Source: Escherichia coli
GTDB lineage: Bacteria; Pseudomonadota; Gammaproteobacteria; Enterobacterales; Enterobacteriaceae
Reading direction: 5' to 3' (one strand)
NCBI RefSeq assembly: GCF_030013205.1
Contig: NZ_CP122648.1
Length of the DNA stretch: 64,000 nucleotides
Position 1 is the stretch's first letter. Every line of letters starts with the position of its first letter. Under the pieces are notes generated by a model, which searched no databases, was not told the DNA's origin, and saw only the letters and a program-made list of their open reading frames with translations. Made by a program: the position numbers and the translations under genes. Below, piece after piece: positions 54,722-63,036 of this stretch.

Positions 54722-55087
54722 ATGATTGATGTCTTAGGACCGGAGAAACGCAGACGGCGTACTACACAGGAAAAGATCGCTATTGTTCAGCAGAGTTTTG
54801 AACCGGGAATGACGGTCTCCCTTGTTGCCCGGCAACACGGTGTGGCAGCCAGCCAGTTATTTCTCTGGCGCAAGCAATACCAGGAGGGAAGTCTTACTGC
54901 TGTGGCCGCAGGAGAGCAGGTCGTTCCTGCCTCTGAACTTGCTGCTGCCATGAAGCAGATTAAAGAACTCCAGCGCCTGCTCGGCAAAAAAACGATGGAA
55001 AATGAACTCCTTAAAGAAGCCGTTGAATACGGGCGTGCAAAAAAGTGGATAGCGCACGCGCCCTTATTGCCCGGGGATGGGGAGTAA
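54722..55087 (+). CDS. insC: IS2 transposase OrfA
   Basis: [41 protein letters not shown].., recognised as IS2 InsC. Confidence 0.95.
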
Positions 55088-55950
55088 GCTTAGTCAGCCG
55101 TTGTCTCCGGGTGTCGCGTGCGCAGTTGCACGTCATTCTCAGACGAACCGATGACTGGAAAGATGGTCGCCGCAGCCGTCACTCAGATGATACGGATGTG
55201 CTTCTCCGTATACACCATGTTATCGGAGAGCTGCCCACGTATGGTTATCGTCGGGTATGGGCGCTGCTTCGCAGACAGGCCGAACTTGATGGTATGCCTG
55301 CGATCAATGCCAAACGTGTTTACCGGATCATGCGCCAGAATGCGCTGTTGCTTGAGCGAAAAACCGCTGTACCGCCATCGAAACGGGCACATACTGGCAA
55401 AGTGGCCGTGAAAGAAAGCAATCAACGATGGTGCTCTGACGGGTTCGAGTTCCGCTGTGATAACGGAGAAAAACTGCGAGTCACGTTCGCGCTGGACTGC
55501 TGTGACCGTGAGGCACTGCACTGGGCAGTCACTACGGGCGGCTTCGACAGTGAAACAGTACAGGACGTAATGCTGGGAGCGGTGGAACGCCGCTTCGGCA
55601 ACGAGCTTCCGGCGTCTCCAGTAGAGTGGCTGACGGATAATGGTTCATGCTACCGGGCTAATGAAACACGGCAGTTTGCCCGGATGTTGGGGCTTGAACC
55701 GAAGAACACGGCGGTGCGGAGTCCGGAGAGTAACGGCATAGCAGAGAGCTTCGTGAAAACGATAAAGCGTGACTACATCAGTATCATGCCTAAACCAGAC
55801 GGGTTAACGGCAGCAAAGAACCTTGCAGAGGCGTTCGAGCATTATAACGAATGGCATCCGCATAGTGCACTGGGTTATCGCTCGCCACGGGAATATCTGC
55901 GGCAGCAGGCCAGTAATGGGTTAAGTGATAACAGGTGTCTGGAAATATAG
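55045..55950 (+). CDS. insD: IS2 transposase OrfB (expressed with OrfA by -1 frameshift)
   Basis: 301-aa ORF, an integrase-core DDE protein recognised as IS2 InsD. Confidence 0.95.
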
Positions 55951-56050
55951 GGGCAAATCCACTATTAACGCTGGGTGTTATGTCAGGCGGGTCAACCTAT
56001 TAATCATCACTGTGGGGCGGTTTAGCCCCCTTAAATAAGGATTACAAATT

Positions 56051-56728
56051 ATGGCAATGGGTCCGTTAACCATTGGTCGCCCGACTGAGGCGAAAATCAA
56101 CAGCACAAGCAACGATAGCAACGGTAGAACAACCAAAGGGGGTAACGGCTTTGCGATCATTACCTCTAATCTCGGCAGTGGTGCAAATGCTGCTTACAAT
56201 GACTACCAGGCATTATCATTTGATAGCGTGGAATCGACGAAAGTTAGCAGAAATGCGGACGTTACAAGCTATGCCGTCGAATCAGGATCAGAAGTTAGTG
56301 ATCATGTTCAAATACGGAATAACAAGTTCACATTACAAGGGCGTATCTCTGAAACCGTATTGAAGCTCAATCCCGATATGATTAAGAATGCGGGAATTAA
56401 CGGCAATCGACGTATGCTTATGCTTGAATACCTAAATCAGTTGATGGACAGTCGCCAACCTTTCCTACTTGTCACTGAGTTAAAAAATTATGACAACGTT
56501 GTGTTAGTTGGCATGTCTTACGAAGAAGAAGCAAGCGAAAGCCTATTGTTTACTCTTGATTTTGAGCAAATCCGTCTTGTCTCTAAAGCAACTACAAGCG
56601 CAATTGCGGTAAAAACAGCACCAAATAAATCTGTAGGAGGTCAGGTTAAAATGCAGGTAAATACAACAGAACAGAAAAATCAAAAAAGCCCAGGGCAAGA
56701 CGTTGTAACGCCAGTATTTAAACAATAG
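56051..56728 (+). CDS. hypothetical phage-structural-like protein (225 aa) downstream of the tape-measure-like gene
   Basis: ORF in the track with a beta-rich composition. The function is inferred only from its position after the tape-measure-like gene. Confidence 0.4.
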   Translation: MAMGPLTIGRPTEAKINSTSNDSNGRTTKGGNGFAIITSNLGSGANAAYNDYQALSFDSVESTKVSRNADVTSYAVESGSEVSDHVQIRNNKFTLQGRISETVLKLNPDMIKNAGINGNRRMLMLEYLNQLMDSRQPFLLVTELKNYDNVVLVGMSYEEEASESLLFTLDFEQIRLVSKATTSAIAVKTAPNKSVGGQVKMQVNTTEQKNQKSPGQDVVTPVFKQ

Positions 56729-56769
56729 CCTTAAACACCTATGAAACGCTCTATAACGAGATAATCATA

Positions 56770-56805
56770 AAAGAGGCATCAATCTATATTGAAGCCTCTT
56801 TATTA
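56770..56805. terminator. bidirectional hairpin between the convergent 225-aa gene and integrase
   Basis: AAGAGGCATCAA tctata TTGAAGCCTCTT followed by TATT. Confidence 0.55.
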
Positions 56806-56821
56806 CGTCTATGGCGTTGTT

Positions 56822-58042
56822 TTACGCCTTAAAATCAATATTTAATTCATATCTTACTAATTCTACATATTCAGCTAATTCTGGAATGCTTGCCCCTTGT
56901 GAGTAGGTGCGAAAGGCTTCTGTTTTGGCTTTTTGCTCAGTGTGGCCCGTAATACTGCCGATCCTGGTCTCGCTAACTCCGGCACGATCAAGACAAGTGA
57001 TAAACATCCCGCGCAAGCTGTGAAAGCATTGTCTATCTGTAGCGATTGGCAAGACGCTACGACGTAAACGTGAGAATGCTTGAGAATAGAACGGGCCTTT
57101 CTTGCCGTCGATTCTTTTTACTTTGTTCGAGTGAGGGAACAAATATTCACCATAATTATGATTTAAATATTCATCGACAATAATCGATAGTCTCGAATGT
57201 ATCGGAACGTGTCTGATCCCTGCTTTAGTCTTACTCTTGCTGATATAAAAACAGCGTATTCCTTCCACAGTTACAACCTCTGACTTTTTCAGGCTTGCCA
57301 GTTCGTCTAATCTGCATCCTGAAAACAAGCCCATTAAAATAATATTTCTGATCTCCGGCTCCGCTGCATCAAGTAGCTTTTGCATTTGTTCAGGTGTAAA
57401 CGGTTGATAACTCTCGATTGTGCGACGTGCTTCGAGGTTATGACCGTGAAAAGGGTTACTGTCTGGTATTCCGTCATAACGGCGTTTAGCAAATTCATAG
57501 AGCGATCCTAAGCATGTAAGCCAGTTTTGACGAGATTGATCGGCTGCTCCTCGTTGCTTCTGGTCATCTAAGAATACTGTTACAAGCCGTCTGCCTATTT
57601 TCTCAATATGAATATCATCTTTCTGAATGCTTTGTAAAAATAGCTCAACGGCCCTTGCTGATTTCTGTAGTGTTGAGTATGAACGACGCTCTCTGTAGCA
57701 TTCGGCGTATTCGTCACGTATTAAGCATAGGGAAGGCGATGCATAACCGCGTTTTACGGCTCTTTGCGTGTTTTTATTGGCCCTTGCCTCTGAATGTAAG
57801 AATTCAATAGCTTTTTGTAACCTCCTTTCGGGGTTATCAGGATTATGTTTCCGCTTTAGTTCCTCCCATTCTAATAACAGATGGTTTCTGAATCTTCTCG
57901 CCTCATTCAGATCTCGTGTAGATGTGCTTTTTCTCCACAACTTGTAAGGGTAAAGATGGCGTAAGTATTTAGGAACAAAAATCTGAAACATCCAGATCCC
58001 ATCTTTTCTCTTAAATAAGTATGCTTGGCTCTTGATCGACAC
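56822..58042 (-). CDS. int: tyrosine recombinase/integrase of Island 2 (406 aa)
   Basis: Catalytic signature present: GCRLDEL (Arg), HSLRGMF (His-x-x-Arg), ITGH, RTYSQG (Tyr). It starts 86 bp from att core copy 3 and reads into the island. Confidence 0.85.
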   Translation of the reverse strand: MSIKSQAYLFKRKDGIWMFQIFVPKYLRHLYPYKLWRKSTSTRDLNEARRFRNHLLLEWEELKRKHNPDNPERRLQKAIEFLHSEARANKNTQRAVKRGYASPSLCLIRDEYAECYRERRSYSTLQKSARAVELFLQSIQKDDIHIEKIGRRLVTVFLDDQKQRGAADQSRQNWLTCLGSLYEFAKRRYDGIPDSNPFHGHNLEARRTIESYQPFTPEQMQKLLDAAEPEIRNIILMGLFSGCRLDELASLKKSEVVTVEGIRCFYISKSKTKAGIRHVPIHSRLSIIVDEYLNHNYGEYLFPHSNKVKRIDGKKGPFYSQAFSRLRRSVLPIATDRQCFHSLRGMFITCLDRAGVSETRIGSITGHTEQKAKTEAFRTYSQGASIPELAEYVELVRYELNIDFKA

Positions 58043-58127
58043 GATAATGATCCTCTATTATCACGTAATCAGTTACCTATGATTGATCACAAAATCTTTA
58101 TTTTACAGCAGGTTATTATGGGTTTCC

Positions 58128-58149
58128 TCGATTCCCTTCGCCCGCTCCA
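58128..58149 (+). repeat. att core copy 3: TCGATTCCCTTCGCCCGCTCCA (22-bp direct repeat of the glyU 3' end)
   Basis: Exact match to 29134-29155. It is preceded by GGGTTTCC, a degenerate continuation of the T-arm. Confidence 0.9.
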
Positions 58150-58381
58150 ATTTATCTTCACCTCATCAACCTGCCATTTTTGTTGTATCTGATTTTCTAT
58201 ATTATCTTAATTCAATCGCTTCAGACTTTTCGCAATCGCCGTAATACTTCCCCATTTTTTTGTAAATAAAAGCGTTTACGCAATGCAATCCATTTGTAAC
58301 AACCCAGGTAAAATACCTTATTTTCAAGTTGTTAAATAAGTGGTTATCTACGCTTTTAACAAACGATTGATGGAATCTTTT

Positions 58382-59992
58382 ATGAAAGGGAAATCTACAT
58401 TAACTCTTCTGCTCGCTGGTATATTTTCATGCGGCACATGCCAGGCGACAGGGGCAGAAGTGACGAGTGAATCTGTATTTAACATTCTTAATTCCACGGG
58501 GGCAGCAACTGATAAAAGTTATTTATCGTTAAATCCAGATAAGTATCCTAATTATCGTCTTCTGATTCACTCAGCCAAATTAAAAAATGAAATAAAGAGC
58601 CACTATACCAAAGACGAAATTCAAGGATTGTTAACATTAACAGAAAATACACGAAAGTTAACGTTGACGGAGAAACCCTGGGGAACATTTATTCTTGCTT
58701 CTACTTTCGAAGATGACAAAACAGCGGCAGAAACCCACTATGATGCTGTCTGGCTGAGGGATAGTTTATGGGGCTATATGGCATTAGTATCAGATCAAGG
58801 AAATAGTGTAGCCGCAAAAAAGGTTCTGCTCACTCTGTGGGATTATATGTCTACGCCCGACCAGATTAAGCGGATGCAGGACGTCATTAGCAACCCAAAA
58901 CGACTGGATGGTATTCCTGGGCAAATGAATGCTGTGCATATCCGATTTGACAGCAACTCCCCCGTGATGGCAGATGTGCAGGAAGAAGGCAAGCCGCAGC
59001 TGTGGAACCATAAACAAAATGATGCGTTAGGTCTTTATCTTGATCTCCTTATACAAGCAATCGACACTGGTACTATTAACGCTGAAGATTGGCAAAAAGG
59101 TGACCGATTAAAATCGGTTGCGCTGCTGATTGCTTATCTGGATAAAGCCAATTTCTATGTTATGGAAGATTCCGGAGCGTGGGAAGAAGATGCCAGATTA
59201 AACACATCTTCCGTTGCACTGGTGACCTCTGGACTGGAACGTTTGTCGAACTTACTCTCGAAGAAAGACTCTGTTTTTATCTCTGATTTACTGCGCGAAG
59301 CTAAAGCCAATGAACTGGATGAACCTCTTTCAACAACGAGGTTGAACCACCTCATAGATAAAGGTTATGAAAGAATAACGCTACAACTTGATTTAGGGGG
59401 AGAATCCCCAGGTTATCTGGAAAAAGATAAACATTACAGAGAAGCCGATGCGGCTTTACTTAATGTTATTTATCCTGCAAATCTTTCAAAGATAAATACC
59501 AGAAGAAAAGAGCAAGTTCTAAAAATAGTTAAAAAACTAGCAGGTCCGTATGGTATAAAAAGATACGAGAAGGATAATTATCAGTCGGCAAATTTTTGGT
59601 TCAATGATATTAAAACTGATACCGATCAAAATTCACATGCGAAAAGAGAAAAGTGCTTCATTCCATCAACAGAAGCAGAATGGTTTTTTGACTCATGGTA
59701 TGCAAAATCAGCAGCAATTGTTTATAAAGAATCAAGAAAAGAAGAGTATTTGAATGACTCAGTGCAATTTATGAATAGATCATTGGCCCAAATAACAGGC
59801 GAGAATATGATTGGTGCAAATGGCAGGAGCGTACCTGAAATGGCACTTCCCGAAAGCTATAACTATATCCACAAGTCGGGAACTTTGCATGAAGCGCCAA
59901 GCCCTATCATTCCGCTAAATTGGTCGAAAGCTTCAATGACTCTCATGTTGAAAGAGATGTCCAACCTTATCAATGATGAGGGAAATAAATAG
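58382..59992 (+). CDS. ygeQ: secreted glycoside-hydrolase-family-15-like (glucoamylase/phosphorylase-kinase-like) protein
   Basis: ORF 58340..59992. The start is set at MKGKSTLTLLLAGIFSCGTCQA (signal peptide). It is syntenic with the K-12 ygeQ remnant next to glyU, but the symbol is tentative. Confidence 0.55.
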   Translation: MKGKSTLTLLLAGIFSCGTCQATGAEVTSESVFNILNSTGAATDKSYLSLNPDKYPNYRLLIHSAKLKNEIKSHYTKDEIQGLLTLTENTRKLTLTEKPWGTFILASTFEDDKTAAETHYDAVWLRDSLWGYMALVSDQGNSVAAKKVLLTLWDYMSTPDQIKRMQDVISNPKRLDGIPGQMNAVHIRFDSNSPVMADVQEEGKPQLWNHKQNDALGLYLDLLIQAIDTGTINAEDWQKGDRLKSVALLIAYLDKANFYVMEDSGAWEEDARLNTSSVALVTSGLERLSNLLSKKDSVFISDLLREAKANELDEPLSTTRLNHLIDKGYERITLQLDLGGESPGYLEKDKHYREADAALLNVIYPANLSKINTRRKEQVLKIVKKLAGPYGIKRYEKDNYQSANFWFNDIKTDTDQNSHAKREKCFIPSTEAEWFFDSWYAKSAAIVYKESRKEEYLNDSVQFMNRSLAQITGENMIGANGRSVPEMALPESYNYIHKSGTLHEAPSPIIPLNWSKASMTLMLKEMSNLINDEGNK

Positions 59993-60057
59993 TTTTCATA
60001 ATGAGGCGGTCCTGGATTAAAAGGACCGCTCAAAGAGAAATCGTAAGGGAGGTAAAA

Positions 60058-60237
60058 GTGATCAATAAATTACTGTTAGCTTACCTGATAGGTCTGGTTG
60101 TGACATCGACCTTAATATTTATCTTCTCGGAAGAAAAAGTAACATATCGGTTGTTTGCTGCAGTAATTACAGGGTTGACCTGGCCGCTTAGCCTCATTCC
60201 ATCCATCATAAGTCTCATGATTCGTAAATCCGACTAA
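60058..60237 (+). CDS. small two-TM membrane protein (59 aa)
   Basis: A GTG at 60058 is preceded by GGGAGGtaaaa. The 5' part of the listed ORF 60001..60237 is a GGCGGTCC/GGACCGC hairpin. Confidence 0.4.
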   Translation: MINKLLLAYLIGLVVTSTLIFIFSEEKVTYRLFAAVITGLTWPLSLIPSIISLMIRKSD

Positions 60238-60582
60238 CAAGAAAATTATATGAACGATTAAGAAAAATAGAATCGAACAAGAGAATAAAATATATGCGGG
60301 GAGTAACAAAACACTCGCAGTACGTTAATGTGTAACTAACAAATATGATTTTTATTGAAAATAGTCACCAAACAAGTGTTATAAGAAATACGGGGTATGT
60401 TTAAGTAAAACATATCAACAGTTGCAATTCTGTATATGGACAGGATGACTTACTACTGTAAGTGGCTGATAGCTATTCGCTCATAACAAAATCATTATTT
60501 TATAAATAGTAATCATCACTTTTTAATCATGTTTTTATAGCAAGTTTATGGAGAATGAGAATATGGAATAAGGAGATGAAAC

Positions 60583-61332
60583 ATGATTGAAGAAGGGCTG
60601 TTACTTCCAATGAATGTTTTGCTTCAAGGACAGAAGTTAACCCTACTGGACCCTGAAATGTGGTTCTTACGGGGAAATGAAAACAAGGATGTAACCCTTG
60701 TTATTACGATTGGTAATAACCATCAAAAATTAATGGTAGTGGAAGATATATTACTGCTCATTGACCGAAGCCAAATTGAGGTAACTGCAGGGAAAGTAAT
60801 TTATCATCCACTTCGCATTGATATCCTGAGTAAATTATTAGCTTTTATAGATGAATCAACGGGGAGTGTGGAAAGGGAACAACATGAGTTGTTTGCTGAT
60901 GCCTTGCCCTTTGCATCAGAAGTTGTGCTATTCAGTAAAGTTGCAAGTGAAGCCTGGTTTTTAGCCACTTATCTGAGCAGCGATAATATTAATGAAATTC
61001 TGTTTCAGCATCTAAGAAAAACAGAATGCTATAAACTGGTTCGCTATTTATTATCGCAATCGCTCATACAGACTTCACTCTATGATCTTGGTGAGCTTTA
61101 CGGCGTATCGTATTCACATTTTCGCCGTTTATGTAGTTATGCATTGGGTGGTAAAGTTAAAACGGAATTATGTGGCTGGAGAGTTGCCAGAGCCGTGTTG
61201 GAAATCATTGAAGGAAACAGTGATATGACAACTATTGCGCATAAATATGGCTACTCATCCTCATCACACTTTTCAGCCGAAGTAAAAAGCCGGTTAGGAA
61301 AAACACCGAGAGAACTATGTAAAAAGTTATGA
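60583..61332 (+). CDS. eivF: AraC-family T3SS regulator (InvF-like) of ETT2
   Basis: 249 aa with a C-terminal AraC HTH (YGVSYSHFRRLCSYALG..YGYSSSSHFSAEVKSRLGKTPRE). It lies directly upstream of the secretin gene. Confidence 0.75.
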   Translation: MIEEGLLLPMNVLLQGQKLTLLDPEMWFLRGNENKDVTLVITIGNNHQKLMVVEDILLLIDRSQIEVTAGKVIYHPLRIDILSKLLAFIDESTGSVEREQHELFADALPFASEVVLFSKVASEAWFLATYLSSDNINEILFQHLRKTECYKLVRYLLSQSLIQTSLYDLGELYGVSYSHFRRLCSYALGGKVKTELCGWRVARAVLEIIEGNSDMTTIAHKYGYSSSSHFSAEVKSRLGKTPRELCKKL

Positions 61333-63032
61333 AAATAAAATTACGTATTACTATTATATTAATTTCAGCCTTATGCATTTTTAATGGATTATTGACTCCT
61401 GGTGCATATGCCGCAACAGCGAATGGATACGTAGCAAATAAAGAAAATCTACGTAGTTTTTTTGAAACGGTTTCATCATATGCGGGTAAGCCTACAATAG
61501 TAAGTAAGCTTGCCATGAAGAAACAGATCAGCGGAAATTTTGATTTAACCGAACCCTATGCCTTGATTGAACGCCTGTCGGCGCAGATGGGACTTATTTG
61601 GTATGATGATGGCAAAGCTATTTATATCTATGACTCATCAGAGATGCGTAATGCGCTGATTAATCTGAGAAAGGTATCGACTAATGAGTTTAATAATTTC
61701 TTAAAAAAATCGGGTCTGTATAACTCTCGTTATGAAATTAAAGGGGGCGGCAATGGTACTTTCTATGTATCGGGGCCACCGGTTTATGTTGACCTGGTCG
61801 TTAATGCTGCGAAATTAATGGAGCAAAACAGCGATGGCATCGAGATCGGACGCAATAAAGTAGGAATAATTCATCTGGTCAACACATTCGTTAATGATCG
61901 GACTTATGAATTACGTGGCGAAAAGATAATTATTCCTGGCATGGCAAAAGTACTATCAACATTGTTAAATAATAACATTAAGCAAAGTACAGGAGTGAAC
62001 GTACTTTCTGAAATTTCAAGTCGCCAACAACTAAAAAACGTATCACGTATGCCTCCTTTTCCTGGTGCTGAAGAAGATGATGACCTACAAGTAGAGAAAA
62101 TAATATCGACAGCTGGAGCGCCAGAGACTGACGATATACAAATTATTGCATATCCTGATACCAACAGTTTACTTGTTAAAGGAACAGTATCTCAGGTTGA
62201 TTTTATCGAGAAGTTAGTAGCTACGCTCGATATTCCAAAGCGACATATTGAATTATCTTTATGGATAATAGATATTGATATGACTGATCTAGAACAGTTA
62301 GGAGCTGACTGGTCGGGCACGATAAAAATTGGATCCAGCCTAAGTGCATCATTTAATAATTCAGGTTCAATTAGTACCCTGGATGGGACACAGTTTATTG
62401 CAACAATACAGGCACTTGCGCAAAAAAGAAGAGCCGCCGTTGTTGCTCGTCCTGTCGTTTTAACACAGGAGAATATTCCTGCTATATTTGATAATAACCG
62501 TACTTTCTATACTAAATTAGTCGGCGAGCGTACTGCGGAGTTGGATGAAGTAACCTATGGTACGATGATTAGCGTGCTACCACGATTTGCTTCGCGAAAT
62601 CAAATTGAATTACTCTTGAATATTGAAGATGGCAATGAAATCAATTCTGACAAGACCAATGTTGATGATCTGCCTCAGGTTGGTAGAACGCTTATAAGTA
62701 CTATTGCGCGCGTGCCTCAAGGGAAAAGTCTTTTGATTGGTGGATATACACGAGATACGAATACCTATGAAAGTCGCAAGATCCCAATATTAGGCAGTAT
62801 TCCATTTATTGGTAAATTATTTGGATATGAAGGAACAAATGCGAATAACATCGTTCGTGTCTTTCTTATTGAGCCAAGAGAGATCGATGAGCGCATGATG
62901 AATAATGCGAATGAGGCTGCGGTTGACGCCAGAGCAATAACACAGCAAATGGCAAAAAATAAAGAAATCAACGATGAATTACTGCAGAAATGGATAAAAA
63001 CTTACCTGAATCGTGAAGTCGTCGGAGGATAG
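61329..63032 (+). CDS. eivG: type III secretion outer-membrane secretin (InvG/SctC-like)
   Basis: 567 aa with a signal peptide and a secretin C-domain (GGYTRDTNTYESRKIPILGSIPFIGKLF). Confidence 0.85.
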   Translation: MKIKLRITIILISALCIFNGLLTPGAYAATANGYVANKENLRSFFETVSSYAGKPTIVSKLAMKKQISGNFDLTEPYALIERLSAQMGLIWYDDGKAIYIYDSSEMRNALINLRKVSTNEFNNFLKKSGLYNSRYEIKGGGNGTFYVSGPPVYVDLVVNAAKLMEQNSDGIEIGRNKVGIIHLVNTFVNDRTYELRGEKIIIPGMAKVLSTLLNNNIKQSTGVNVLSEISSRQQLKNVSRMPPFPGAEEDDDLQVEKIISTAGAPETDDIQIIAYPDTNSLLVKGTVSQVDFIEKLVATLDIPKRHIELSLWIIDIDMTDLEQLGADWSGTIKIGSSLSASFNNSGSISTLDGTQFIATIQALAQKRRAAVVARPVVLTQENIPAIFDNNRTFYTKLVGERTAELDEVTYGTMISVLPRFASRNQIELLLNIEDGNEINSDKTNVDDLPQVGRTLISTIARVPQGKSLLIGGYTRDTNTYESRKIPILGSIPFIGKLFGYEGTNANNIVRVFLIEPREIDERMMNNANEAAVDARAITQQMAKNKEINDELLQKWIKTYLNREVVGG

Positions 63033-63036
63033 TGAA

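Larger units (their letters stand above)
54631..55961 (+). mobile_element. IS2 (IS3 family), 1331 bp, with 5-bp target duplication CTATT
   Basis: The ends read TAGACTGGCCCCCTGAATCTCCAGACA.. and ..TGTCTGGAAATATAGGGGCAAATCCA. CTATT occurs at 54626-30 and 55962-66. Confidence 0.95.
43404..58149. mobile_element. Island 2: AT-rich integrative element with capsid genes, plasmid-like features and extensive structured non-coding DNA (~14.7 kb including IS2)
   Basis: It is bounded by att core copies 2 and 3. It has its own integrase at the distal end. Composition and gene content differ from Island 1. Confidence 0.75.

Noticed and set aside
60001-60057. 5' part of the listed 78-aa ORF 60001-60237.
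   Set aside because: This stretch is the GGCGGTCC..GGACCGCT hairpin following the GH15-like gene. A GTG at 60058 with a strong GGGAGG RBS is the more credible start of a 59-aa membrane protein.
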